Positions 49,177 through 62,689 of a DNA stretch of 64,000 nucleotides are shown here, one piece after another. Under the pieces are notes generated by a model. It searched no databases. It saw only the letters and a list, made by a program, of their open reading frames with translations, and was not told the origin of the DNA. This DNA is from Vicugna vicugna (lineage: Eukaryota), in contig MU058839.1 of NCBI GenBank assembly GCA_013265495.1, forward strand, positions 124,001-188,000, read 5' to 3'. Position 1 is the first letter of the stretch. The number at the start of each line of letters is the position of its first letter. The position numbers and the translations under genes were made by a program.

Positions 49177-51575
49177 AAGCAAGCTGATGTGGCTCTGATG
49201 TGGCTGAGTGCACAGGAGTCAAGAAGCCTGTGATCAGGAATGCAGCCAGTGCTGGAGGCCACAGCTAGGCTTTCTGCCACAGAGACCAACAACACAGGCT
49301 TCTTGAAGACTGAAAACCGTTTTTGTAAAAGGCAGCTGAACTCTTCCTGGACAGGCCCCCGGTCGACACCATCAGGGCAGGCACACTGTGAAGGGAAGCC
49401 TGGTAAACTGAACTTGTAGGGCCCCAATTCATAATCAGAAGCACCACCCACACCTGCAGTAGCTTTTACCACTTGGACCAGGTGTGACAGAAGGGATGAG
49501 GTCAGGATGCAGTGATCTGGTACTTCAAGTTTTTGGATTAACACTGTTTGCTTGTTTTTACATTATTTCTGTACACCAAGTAATTGTTATATACCCTGGA
49601 GGGTAGGCATTGGGTCTTATTCTTGCTCTTGTGCCCTTACTTCAATGGTGAGACTGGAATAAGTGTGAGGTGGATGAATAAATAATTCTACTGTGTTATG
49701 CATACATTGGACTTTTACTAAACAACCAATAGCAAGTCAGACTGGGACTACATAACATCAGGTATTCTGGGTCCTGCCTTTTCTTCCATGTTTTACAGAG
49801 AAGCACAGAGTCTGCATTTAATATTTGTTCAGTGGATGAATGAGGTGCCCAGCTTAGTTGGATTTATGGTGTTCACTGTTCACGGTGAGCCCCCTGGGAG
49901 CATTTGTAGTTCCTTGCCTGGTTTGTGGCATTGTGCTTAGGCCCTTTTCTGGATTTCATGAAACCAAACTGAATTTGAAATGTTCTGAGACTTACAAAAG
50001 GAGTTACTTTTGTTAACTATTTGGTAAGCCAGAGGCCTTGTTTCTAAGGAAAAGTGCTGCCCTCAAAACTGTTTTTGTCCCAAGGCCAAGTTATTTTATG
50101 ACAAGCTGCTGCTACACATGAGATGGTTTCTCTCACACTATGAGCTCCTTTAAAGGCAAAATTCCTCAAGGAATAATAGTAAGCAAACCCCAGCAGCTCT
50201 TGGTGCTCCTGTGTAACTTACCAAGAAAATCTGTCCTCCAGTTGCATCAGTTCCTGCCCTGAATAAAACTGGATTGATTTCTGAGTTACAGAAATTGAGC
50301 AAAGTTAGCAAATATCTGCCATCAAAACTTAATACTTTAAAAAAAAAAAGGAAAGAAAAAGAAAAAGAATCCCCATCTGATTATGCAGGTTTTCCCCACA
50401 CTCCTTTCTAATTCCAGTCCTAAGTAGCCTAGTTCTCAGATTCACATACTAGGGACAGGACACAACAAATATGACAGGAAAGAAGATTTTGCTCTGAGAA
50501 ATTGTAGCAACTATTTCCTTAATAAATAACCTGAATCTGTTTTCATTGATGTCTTAACTAACAGATTATTCAAGATCTTCCTTCAAAGAAGCTATTGAAA
50601 AACTAAATGTTATAAATGTTTGTAAGATTTTCTAAATCTAATGTAAATTCATGGTATAGTGATTGATGAAGCCTCAATCTAGCTTTATAAATATAACCTA
50701 TGGTCAGCATTGCCAAAGGTTATTCTAAAAAATTAAAAACAAAGAAAATGTAACACATTAAGACAAATTGTTTTTCTCAATGTAACTGCGTAAGGAAAGA
50801 ACTATTATAAAAGCACTCATAAGATGCCTCCCCAAAAGATTTTGTGGTTTGTTACTAGCCCTATGCAAGCAATTTTAATGATTTTCTACCTTTTTTTAAT
50901 GAACTTCTGTGAATAGAAATAAAAAGCATATGCCTTCATGCAGCACTAATCCATGACATACAAAAAAAATCCTGCCAGAGTAAAATGAAAAAGAAAGCAT
51001 TATTTAAATATATAAAATGTAGCTTTCACTTGGGACAATTTAGTAACTAGGATTAGCTGTTTTAGAGACCCAGAAATGGATATGGCTTAATTTTTTGCCC
51101 ACTGAAGAAGTGGTTATTGGGGGTAATCCTGTGAGTGACTTGCCTTGAGACAATTAGGCAATTGTGGTCCCTAGAGTTGAAGCTGTTCTTATCTCTAAAC
51201 CACTTATCCATTTATTTAACAAATATGTATTTCAAAATCAATCACATGGTGAGGACTGGGGACACAGTGGTAAACAGGAAGGTTCACACAGCTAAGGGAG
51301 CTCACAGTTTAAGGATCCACTCACTCAGATTGACTTTGGCTGCCCCGTACCAGGAGGACTGCCTGTAAAGGCCTGGAACTGACTCCATCTCAGCCCTACA
51401 GAGACTAAACAGGAATCATTTTACCCATTTTACAGACAAGAGAAGCACAGGGACATTGCCCAAGTCACACAACTATTGGGGCTTGTGTCTGTTTGGCCTT
51501 GGCTAAAATCTGGTAGCGTTACTCCTGTTTGATCCAAGACATTGAAAGGAATGCTTGGGGTGATTGGAAAGTTTT

Positions 51576-51614
51576 GAATTTAGACTTGAGAATTTAGACT
51601 TGAGAATTTAGACT
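51576..51614. repeat. 14-bp tandem repeat (gaatttagacttga) x2.8
   Basis: Directly visible, perfect copies. Confidence 0.95.
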
Positions 51615-51759
51615 ATCAGAAATATGGAAGTTGAGAAGAGGACCTGAGGTTAGGTGAGATGAAGATGGAGATGTAAGAGCTGTGAAGTGATCCTGAAATT
51701 TACAAGTATAAAGAGAAAATAATAACAAGATGACGCAGTGTCCCTGACAGGAACAAAAA

Positions 51760-52000
51760 TAGCGTTTACTATATGTCTGGCACTATTGTAAGCATTTTGC
51801 ATACACTAATTCCTTAAAATGAAGAAACAAAAACCTATGTGATAGCTTTAATTTCCATTTTATAGATGAAGAAAGTAAGGCACAGAGAAGTTAAGTAACT
51901 TTCTCAAGATGACACAGTTAGTAAATTACCATGGTGGGATTTGGAACTAGACAATTTGACCTCAGAGTCTATGACCTTAGCCATGATGCTATACTACTTC
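51760..52000 (-). mobile_element. MIR SINE
   Basis: 'ccattttatagatgaagaaagtaaggcacagagaagttaagtaactttctcaagatgacacagttagtaa'. Confidence 0.88.
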
Positions 52001-55000
52001 TCTTAAGAAAGAGTCAAAAGCTCTAGAAAGATATTTCTCTGCCACTCAGTGTTCTTTTTCTCCTTCAGTGATTATGGTGTACACAATGACAACAGCCATT
52101 GATTTCTGTTTCATAGCACTGTTGTGAGCTTTTATAGGTGAATAAGCTTTTCTTTTCTCTCCTAAGAAAAACTCACTGCCCTTATCTAGAGGGAAAAAAG
52201 AAAAGGTTGTTCCTATATTCCATTCACTTATTACTAGCTCTGCCATAGCTGCACATTTCTTGTTATGCTTTTCTAAGAATTAGCCTTTTTGACCTTCAAA
52301 ATCAATAGTGTCTTATTGTGAGCAAAACTCAGAAAATCAAAACAGTAGGCAAGTATGGGACTGTCATTGTCTATGAAAAATGCCATGACCCTGGTGGCAC
52401 TGTGGCCACACAAAATGGAATTTGCCTGTGTGGAAAGCAAAGGGCTAGAATTCTTTCGGCTTATAAGAAATGGAATTTATAACATCACTAATAAGTCCAA
52501 TGGCAGATGAGTTCCAGGTACTCAGAGGTAAGGATCATTGTGTATGAATTTGTTCGTTAGTCAGGCACGGGTCCATCCTGGAACCAGCCATCTAAATCTC
52601 ATAGGCTGAGTCATGAAAGGATGGCTCCCAAAAGGAAAATCAAGGTACTACTTAAAAATAAATAAAATTAAAAATTGAAGTGGATGTGGGTCAGATACAA
52701 ACCAACAGCAGGCCAATATGAGCCAAGTCTCCACCTTTTAGCTTGAAAAACAGGCAAACTTACCTAGCAGGGTGGCATTATGGAGAATTCTGGATTTAGC
52801 CCATGATTTTTCAGAGTAAATTAGACAATACAGAGGCCGGACGAGAAATGACATTTTTAAGCTCTCTAGTGCCATGCACAGGGCTAGATATGGGTTTGCT
52901 CCCCTCCTCAGAGCTACTTCTGGCTTTACTACCAGTTCCTTTGAGAGTTATCACATGAGACTATATTGTCATTCAGCCTGAATTACTGTATTGATACTTT
53001 GAGTTCCTTAATTGTGTTCAGGAAAAATCAACAGCCATATGGGTCTTTAAAAAATGAATGTTTTATCAATTCAGCAATGAATGTGAAAATGAGAAAGTAA
53101 TTTTATTTTTAATTTCGTATTGGTCCTGTGTCAAGTCACCCAATACTGTATCTAGTTGGAAAATCAAGTTAATGCCATGAGACTGGTGACTCAGAAGTCC
53201 CATTTTTTTCATGTCCTCTCAAGACTTCATATAAACTCTTTTGTCTACATGCTTTAACTGTTATTGTGAGTTTGATTTAATTAGTTACAAAATTTGACTG
53301 TTAACATTGGAAGGAGACTTGGAGAACTTACAGATGAGAGACCAGAGACTGTAAAATCTAGGAGTAAATTTCAGGTCAATTCATATCAGGGGAAGAATTC
53401 CATGTAAACAAACATGTTGAAGCATTTAGCCATAGTCTTTGAGAGTAGGTCTATTATGCTGGTAAAGTGTGAGATCATCTTTCTCTTATCTAGTCTTATC
53501 TTTGAGTCCTTTTCCTTTGAGAAAAGTGTGTTTCTCATTAAATCCCAGGCTTCTGTTGACTCATGACCCTACACTGAATTAAAGGAGAAATGAAGAACCC
53601 ACCCCACCCGACCTGCTGGGCCACGTACCAAATAATGATAATAATACCTCCATGGATAGAGGTCAGTGAACAGAACACATCCCCACAGATGTGGCCAGTC
53701 CTCATGGCTTCTGGGCTGTGGGCTGGGCCAGCCCCAGGCAGACGGTCTTCTCTGAGGAATATCTGAGCATGGGGCATGCCCTGCATATTTGAATCCAATT
53801 AGCCTACCCACTCAGCCTAACCCTACACAGAGGGACTATTCTTGGAACGCTTTCAGTGTACTTTGAACACAGTGACAACTGCTCGTGGCACCTGGGCAGT
53901 CAGTGCTGTGCGTGCCTGAAGTTACTCTCGAGCCATGTCCAGTTCTTGCTGAATTATGTGACAGAACAATCATACAACTCTGCTTTTTCACCTCTGTTAA
54001 ATTTCATTTGCTACCATTACCCTTTATCCTGCCATTGGTCTCGAAATAAGAAAAGAAATAAGGACTTTTAAAAAGAAAATAGCCTTCAAAGCTTCATTCC
54101 TACATTCTTGCTGTTTTGACTAATGACATAGCTGCTAATAAGATTAGTGCCTTCCCTTCTGTTCATTTTCTAGCAGAATTAATTGCTGCTTTTATACCCT
54201 CTGCTGCTAATTTTGCTAGCAAGTCTCCAGAGGATTCTAGCCCAATTTTCTGCTACTAGAAGCAGAACTACCATTCTAGTAGGTCACCTAACATTATTTA
54301 ATTCCTTTAGGGGATCTTGAAGAATAAAATCTATAGGAGTAATTCAGACACAAATATCAAATGCAAATTAGAAACCAATTTTTCAGATAGGCAAATTGAT
54401 TGCCTTGAACTAGATAGTTACTATTTCCCATAATCTTTATACCATAGGGCTGTTATAAGAAGTAAAGTATATGTGTGTCTATTTATATGTTATTCATAAT
54501 ATCATATATATTATATTAAATTACACTGCAATGTATTACATTATATTATGTTGTATACTCAAATATAACCTAGCACTGTGCCTGACATATTGAAATGTAA
54601 TAAATTTTAAAGTGTTAAAAGCAAATAGGAACAATTTAAGGTTTAAAAATATGCATCTAGGCCATCCTTTGCTTATTTGAAACTTGAAATATGTAGCCTA
54701 AGGATTACAAGCAACTTTCATTTTCTTCTCTCCTGTTGATTCCCTTTTATTCATTTCTTGTACTTTGGAAACACTGTCAAAAGGAAGATGAGAAAAGATA
54801 GAAGTGATGCATTTCAAATTTCTCAAGATCAGCACTATCAGTGGAATGAGAGGTGTCTTGACAGGTATCTCGCCTACCAGGGCTAATAAAAACTGGGGCC
54901 AGGCAGAGTCCTGGGGTGCCCTACGACAGTCGTGGGGTTGCTCTATTTGGGGTCCATTTCATCCACAACCCAAGGCAGAGTCCTGAGGAAGAAAGGGACT

Positions 55001-55344
55001 GGTAATGGGGGCTCAAAATGAGATGTGAAGAACTATTCCAGTCAGAAGGAGAAATCTGAACTATTTCAGGGGTTATAAGTCAAAAAAATGGAAGAAACTG
55101 GGCCAAATTGGAGATAGGAACACTCATGGGAATTCTACGCTAAATTTAGATAAATGTCTTTATCTTTCTAGAGGTGAGGGACAATGACAGATATAGTACA
55201 GTAGAATTTCCCCCAGGGCATTAAAGGCACTAGTCAGTTTCTAGCAATACCCTCCACTTGATCATTAAGAGACACTTGGGCTGTTAACAAAGCAGTAGTT
55301 TTGGGGGTTTTTTTTTTTTGGTTTTGGGGGGGTTTACTGAAGAG

Positions 55345-55398
55345 AAACATACACACATGCAAACACAGACACACACACACACACAAACACATACACTA
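55345..55398. repeat. Imperfect (CA)n microsatellite, preceded by a poly-T/G tract
   Basis: Directly visible. Confidence 0.9.
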
Positions 55399-56115
55399 CT
55401 CCATTAGTGAGGCATGGAGCCACAGCTAATTTCTATTGAATGATGTGAGGATTGTGGCAGTAGGGTCGTTAACAGGATAAAAGCTCAATAAGGTAATAGC
55501 ACAACTTGCAAATCAGCACTACCAGGCACCACAAAATGATTTGTAATTGAATAGTCAGATAAAACTGAAAGCAATGTACATTAACTAGCCTATGGACTTA
55601 ATTCTTTGGGAAGCATTGTAACGGAGGAAAGCAGCAATTAATGTTGGCTGGTTACAAATTTGTATTTAAATTTGTGATTATTTAGAATTGATTGCAGATT
55701 ATATGGCAAGACACTGGAAGCTTAAGTGGACACCACGACAAAGTAAAACTAGTAATAGCAAAACCTGTTGTACTCAACAGAAAGTAAAGAAAGGAAGGAA
55801 AGAGAGGAACGAGGACACAGCAAAACCCACTGGGGGGTTGGCTGAGTGTTAATGTTGTTCATAAGGCAAGCTCAAAACCTGCACATTTTGAGAAGAAATG
55901 TTTTTCTGATACTACTTGTGCTAAAACATGCTTTAGTCATGGTATCATGACTTATAATAATGTATCAGCATCAACTGTAGTCTAATATATTTGCTAATAA
56001 CAATACATACCAAACTTTAGAACTGATTTCACTTTTTCCCTTAATAAATTACAGAGGATTCAAGATTATCCTTAGCCTAATGTCATTACCTCTTGCTAAC
56101 ATTTCATGTACATAT

Positions 56116-56135
56116 GAGAGAGAGAGAGAGAGAGA
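56116..56135. repeat. (GA)n microsatellite
   Basis: Directly visible. Confidence 0.9.
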
Positions 56136-56309
56136 AGTTGCCCAAAGGATGAGAAGGTTTATGTGAGGTGAAGGTAAAGAATGAGAGGGTGGGTTAGGGA
56201 ATGAGAAAGAAGGATAAAGAGCATTTCCCCAATTTATCTGCTCATGGGACTTATCTTCATGTTCTCGTGCAATGCTTACTGCATCTCCTCAAATTCTGTG
56301 GTGCACATT

Positions 56310-56812
56310 TGTCATTTCTTGATCAACCAGTATCTGAACCCCTTTCTATTTAGGGGGACTCCCATGGTATAAACCAGATTCAACTGCCCCTTGAAGAAGA
56401 GAACAACTGGGAGACGTTTTCCCATCCACAGACACAAGACATAAACTTGTCCAATCTGATGAGCATAATTCAGAGGCTGGTGACGTGCAGAATCATGGAC
56501 GGCAAGTTCTCAACCCTAGCGTGGCCACAGGCAGAGACCATGGGCCCTGTGGTTTGGAGGCATCATCCTGGCTCCAGTATCAGAGGAACAGGATGAACTG
56601 TCTCCTACCTGTGCCCACAGCAGCTGCAGTGGGGGTGACCCAAGATAGTTCTGGGGCTTAGTTTGGAGCATTTTTCCAGATGATGTGGCCTCCATACCCA
56701 GTTCTCAAGCCTTTCTGGAGATCTTGTGATCTATCAGCATCCTTTAGTTAAATAATTTCCTTGAATCAGCCACAGTTAGTTTCTGTCGCTTACATCACAA
56801 ACCTTGACTAAA
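56310..56812 (+). mobile_element. ERVL-class solo LTR (LTR33/LTR16-like)
   Basis: 'cttgatcaaccagtatctgaacccctttc...agttagtttctgtcgcttac...aaccttgactaa'. Confidence 0.6.
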
Positions 56813-57869
56813 AAAATGACCTTAGGAAACACAGTTCTGTGTTATTTTTAAAGTAATGATAGAAAATGAGCTTGTACTGATTACAGAAGGAAGATTAAAT
56901 TTTTTAAAAAATTGATAAAGCTAAAATTTGCTGAATGTTACTAGTAACTGGCACTGTGGCTTAGGTTTCATTATATGCAGTAATTATTATTCCACTTCTC
57001 AAATAGAAAGACCAATACTCTGAAAGATTTGCCTGAAGTCAGTAAGCAGGAGTCAGAATTCAAATTCAACCTATATGAAGGAAACAAGGCTAAGTAACAT
57101 TAGCAACTTAAATTAAAATGTACACACTTTTTTAAATAGAGTCACACCAAGATAATCAGGACACGTGGCTTGTGGCTATCACATGTTCTTGTAGCAAATA
57201 CAGCAAAATGTAAGCGGTGCTCAGTGAAAAGAGAAGACTTCTGAACCGACTTAGTAATTACTTGAGTAACTCTACTTCACTCACTGAAAAGATGAAATGC
57301 AGGGTACCAGGGTTCCCAGTCTTTCCCTTGTTCTTCTCCTGTTATCTCATCACAAACTGAACGTAATTAAGAGCAGTTGGTGCTAAGAGAGACAGACAAT
57401 TTGCTGAGGAGATAATTAACCCCTGTATAAACTCAACCAGTTAAGAACTAATTTGTCCAGAATGGTAAAAAGTGCCTGGAGGACCCCATGGGTGTCAAAA
57501 AAAGGGAATGGTTACTGTAAACTCATAATTCACAGGTTAGAAATAAAATGATCTATTTGATACTTAAAATTGACTTTGCTTTTAACCATTACTCTAAATG
57601 GGGTGTTAGTTAGTTTACGATTGAAAAATATAGGCAATGAAATATGTGCTGTTTTATAAGTGAAGCAGTATAGTGAGTGTAAAAAGCACCAAAGTAAGGA
57701 ATGATGAGCACTGTATCTCTGCCGGCCTCCTGTGTCCAACCTGAAGAAAATCTGATCATTGGCCTCTATGCTAAACGGACCGGCAGACCATGGGTGCTAA
57801 GAGTCAGAGCTATACCTGAGTATCCTCTGAGAAGTGTCACTTTCTTCTCATCCTCACCATTCCTTTTTC

Positions 57870-60720
57870 ATTTCTCTGTTCTTTCTACAACTTTTCTATA
57901 CCATCCCCCATAAGTAACCATTTTGTTTAACACTAGAATAATACTTGCTTTTTTTGCATAAATTAGCAGGTGCATGTATATTTCTCATGTCCTCTTTCTT
58001 ACATGAAGTGTAGCTCAATATACATATGAAGTATATATACATGTATGTATGTGCATATGAAGTATATATGCATGTGTATATGTGTTTATATGTCTATATA
58101 GATATAACAAGTCTATATATAAATTGGATCATGTTGAGAAAGTATTTCTCAATTCTTATTTTTGAGTGTTTTTATTTTGTCATACATAGACTTTTTCAGT
58201 ATCAATGTAGATAACCTTGTGATTCTCTTCTTTAGCACAACTGAGATAGTATATGATCTTAATACATTTCCTAATATTGAACAAACCTTGCATTCCTGAA
58301 ATAAATCATGCTTGGTGATGGTTTATTCCTTAATGTGGTATTAGATTCTTAATTTATTTGAAATTTTTGCGTCAATATTAAGAGGATATTGATTTGTAGT
58401 TTTCTTTTTTGTGTGTGTGTGTGTATTATTCTTTGCCTTTTTTCCATTTCCATTACTTTGCCTCTAACCATTTTTACTTTCTTTTTACCTTATTCTCCTA
58501 TTTATTTTCCTGCCTCTCTTGTATGTCTATCAAATTTTTATGTGAGTCTCTTCTTCCTTGGGCACCTTATAATTTATTCGTTTTATTTCTTGGATTTTCT
58601 GTCTTTTTAATCCATTTTTTCCTGAATTCAATCAATTCATTGTATTTCTTCAAGTTTTTATCTTTTTCTGTTCTTAGTTTTTAAATTTCTGATTCAAAGA
58701 GTTTGTTTTATATTTTCAAATGCTCAGATGAGTATATATGATTCTGTTTGGAGTGTTGACTTACAAATTTGTTCTGCTTCTCTTGGGAGGTGGGTTGTTA
58801 GTTGACAGATGAAAAAAAATTTCCTAATTTTTTTGCACTGGCTCTGTGTGAATTCGTTGATACTTCTTTTTATTTTTTATGGTATGGTGGTGATTTATAA
58901 GATTCTTGGCTTAATGGCTACATTTTTCAGCAATATAGCAAGGTCCATATGCTTTTTAGGGGTTATTTTGTTCATTGTTAGTAGTGGGAGGAGGAATTGT
59001 AAGTCATTCAATGTCGTGTTTCTCTTTGATCTTGTAAGACCCTAAAATTTCTACCTTTTGCTTCATTTTCCCTTCACCACCCAATTACAAAGGGTGTTTC
59101 TTTTTTCCTTTTGGTCTTTTTTCTCCCCTTAAATAATATGTTTTGAATAGTGCCCTTTAAATAACTCTTGACCTTCTTAATCACACATACTCTGAGGTTG
59201 TTTCCACGAGGAAAAGACTTCCCTTTCCATGTTGTGCTCTGCCTGGATACTGTGATAATGTTTTCATATAGAGGGTGAATTTAGTCTTTCTGATGGTAGT
59301 TTTGATGAAACTTAAGCCCCTCTGCTAGCTTCTCTTCTTGACTTTCCTGGAGTTTTTCTCAGTCTACTTTTGCCCACTACAGAGCCCTGTGGTGGTGTAG
59401 GGTTCAGCAAGTATGAGAGATCGTGCAGTGGGATGTGTAATTTTTCTCGTTTTAATCACAGTCATTTTCAAGTTTTGGCATTCTCTGTTTTTAAATTATG
59501 CTGAGGGCATGGTTTTATGCAAATTTGCTTATCTCATCTTGTTTTGAACCATTTGAGGAAAAAAATATCAGGAGGCAAATAGTTAAGCCATTGCACTGTC
59601 CATTGCTACCCAGAAGTCCCCAATAATTGTTGTTTTGAAGTTCTTGTCTGCTAACTTCGATTACGTGGATCCCCTATTTGCTTTTGTTGGCTTTGTTCCT
59701 CTTGATTACTGGTCATATGACCTTGCCTCTTCACACATCTAGTAACCCTTGATTGCAGATAGGATGTTTCGTACAAAAGACCCATAGAGGTCCCAGTTAT
59801 TATTTTCCACAAGAAAAAATTTTCCCTTCTTTTCTTGTGATGGATGAGTTGTGTTCTCCCACAATTCTTATACTGACTTCCAGTTTGACCATATTTGGAC
59901 ATGGGATCTCTAAGGAAGTAACTAAGATTAAATGAGATCAAATAAGTAGGGCCCTAATCTGTTAGAAAATGCCCTTATAGGAAGAAAACGAAATATACAC
60001 AACCCCCACCCCATCTCTGTTCTCGTGCACTCAATAAAGGCCATGTGAGGACACAGCAAGAAGGCTACCATCAGCAAGCCAGGAAAAGAATTCACAGCAG
60101 ATATCAAATTGGTCAGAACCTTGATCTTGGATTTCCAGGCTCCAGAACTGTGACAAATAAATGTCTGTTGTTTCAATGACCCAGGCATCAGTATTTTGTA
60201 ATGGCAGCCCAAGCAGACTAATACACCACTATTAGGCAGGGAATGGGGCCTAATCACTTAAATCCAATTGGGACCAGGGTCAAGTTTCAGTAAGATTCAG
60301 TTCACTTCTGAATTTGTCACTTTCCCTGTACATGACTATCCCAGGCGTTTCATTGCAAGCATGTGGTTCTTTGGCTCTTCATTACTGAAAGCCTGCAGGA
60401 AATACATTTGGGGCTCCTCCAGTTTCCAGTGCTCCACAAGATTATCAGAGCTTTGCTGGTTGCTCTTCTTCCATCAGAGTCCCTCCACATGGGTCAAGCC
60501 CAAGCATCAGTGCATCACCCAAATTGACAAATGCCCCAAGAGAAAAACAGCTGACGATCCTGAGGTCACCTCAGAACTTTCCTCTCTCTCCAGAAGTTTA
60601 ACTCATTTAGCCTTCATTGCTTTCACAGCTCCCTGATGTTTCAAAAATAACTTTGGCAATATTTTCTGTTTGTTCAAGTAAGAGTATTGGCCTGTCACAT
60701 CCTGCTTAGAAGCAGAAATC
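57870..60720 (-). mobile_element. Old fragmented L1 sequence, interrupted by an MLT1 LTR
   Basis: 'aatattgaacaaaccttgcattcctgaaataaatc', T-rich ORF1-type tract 58430-58700, 5'-region-like 60230-60720. Confidence 0.65.
59838..60224 (+). mobile_element. MLT1A/B-like MaLR solo LTR
   Basis: 'ggccatgtgaggacacagcaagaagg...ttgatcttggatttccaggctccagaactgtgacaaataaatgtctgttg...gcagactaataca'. Confidence 0.9.
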
Positions 60721-60780
60721 TTTCTCCACATAACTTCTATTATTTACAACCCTGGCCTTCCAGAAGGATCTAACTGAACT

Positions 60781-61383
60781 GGAGGGAGATCAGGATAGTA
60801 GAGTAGGAGGACACTGAGCTTACCTCCCTCTGGGAACATATCAGAAGTACATCTACATGTGGAACAACTCTCACTAAAAACAGACTGGAGGCTGGCAGAA
60901 AGGCTCTTCTACAACCAGGGCTGTAAAAAAGATCCACACAAAGTCAGGTTGGAAGGGAGGAGAAGCGATCAGGTTGGGACCTACACCCTAGCAGGGCACA
61001 CAGAAGACAAGGGTGATATCATGGGCTCAGGGATCCTCCCTGAGGAGTGAGACATCAGAGTCACATGTTAGTCTTCAAGTCCTGGCATCCTGCACCAGGA
61101 AGACCAGTCTCCTTAGCTAGTTTGAAAACCAGTGAGACTTACCAGAGAGGTGTAATAAACTAAGATTCTGCGGGAGAGGAGCACACACACACTTGTTTAC
61201 TTCTGAAATAAGGCAGAGGAATGGCCTGGGTAATAAAATAAATAAACTACAAGGATATATTGTACAGCACAGGGAATATAGTCAATACTTATGGAGTAGA
61301 ATCTATAGAAATATTGAATCTCTGCTGTATTGTACACCTGACACTAATACAATATAGAAATCAACCATAATTTTTAAAAAGAA
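60781..61383 (+). mobile_element. Mini-L1: ~440-bp 5'UTR fused to ~150-bp 3' end
   Basis: 5'UTR start 'ggagggagatcaggatagtagagtaggaggac'; 3' end 'ctacaaggatatattgtacagcacagggaatatag...aaaaa'; TSD atctaactgaact at 60768-60780 and 61384-61396. Confidence 0.85.
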
Positions 61384-61719
61384 ATCTAACTGAACTAACA
61401 TATGTTTATTGGAATGAGTGGATAAATAAATAAATAGAGCCAATTTGCCTGCTTCTTAATCTTAACTGGGTCAAGTTTGCCACTTTCTTGGGGAGGGCAA
61501 AGTAGACAGTGGTATTCTGGTGATACAGCAAAAGTACTATGGCCAAGATTCAGAAGCATGTAGCACAAGTGATGTTTTTGAAGCATGAAACAATCAGACC
61601 TAGGCCGTCTAGATTCCTGATTCTCTGTCTTTATTTTCATTAATTTTTACTCTTCAGAGCCTCCTCTACAACCCCAGATGGGAAGTAATGGGTGATGTAT
61701 TTGCTTACTGGCTTACCAT

Positions 61720-61843
61720 ATGTCTTCCCAACTAGACTCCATGGGGGCAGAGACTTTGTCTTGAATGCTATTTCATCCTAAGAATCCAGCATAATGCCTG
61801 ACCCACACAAATCATTTGTATAAATGAATGAATAAATGAATGA
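61720..61843 (+). mobile_element. L2 3' end
   Basis: 'actagactccatgggggcagagactttgtcttg...aaatgaatgaataaatgaatga'. Confidence 0.8.
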
Positions 61844-62689
61844 CCATTGCAAAGTCCTTTCACAGTCTGGCTTTTTTAGCAGATCAGCCTTACTAAATAC
61901 ATAAGGTAGAAGTAAAACTGTGGAACTTATTGACAATAACTAACATAGATATACAGTATGACTTTTAGAAACTTGAGAAGAAGCAATTTAGCAATCAATA
62001 ACTTTGATCTAAAAGTTACAATCTCAAGGATATATTATGTTTTACCATCAAAAATAATAATAATTTGTGAGATTACATTATCCTAGAATCCCTCAAAATA
62101 AAATCCTGTCCATCAAGTTAGAACTTCAAAGAAAGTAAATCTCAAGGAAAACTTCAAAGTGCAGGCAAGTTTGGAAACATTTTCAACTTCCAGTGCTAAC
62201 TATAATTATTGGCCACTTGGAAACTGGCATAGGAACTTCATCAATAGCTCTATCTATAGATACCAATGCCAGTAAGATCATACAAACCCAACCAAGGACG
62301 GAAGTTATTTTGAGGAAACTAGAGTTAACCTTATATAATGTTTATTACTTCATTTTTCTCCTTTGGAAAATATACTTTCACAAGATCTTTATGTAAAAGC
62401 AACATAATTTTCTTAAAAATTGCAAGGCTATATGAAATGATTAATTCTTACTAAATATCTGAAGAAAAACATCAACTTTAGGATTCTGTAGGCGAAATAA
62501 TAATAATGAAAAATACTATAACGTGTGAACACATACATTTTATTTCTATGTTGTTGAAAATGTTCAACAGCAGGATAATTGGCCATAGGGGATGATTCAT
62601 ATTAAATAATCAAAAAAGTTCATTCCCTTGCTATTTTATTTTCTAAATCAATCACAAATGAAGCAATCATGAGAGGAGCCACAGAACAT

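Noticed and set aside
48903..49544. Longest ORF (213 aa, minus strand)
   Set aside because: Non-ATG start, no recognisable domain, and it runs through a tRNA-half insert, its TSD and a MIR; best explained as a chance ORF
51576..51614. CRISPR-like repeat array
   Set aside because: Contiguous 14-bp tandem copies with no spacers, in mammalian DNA
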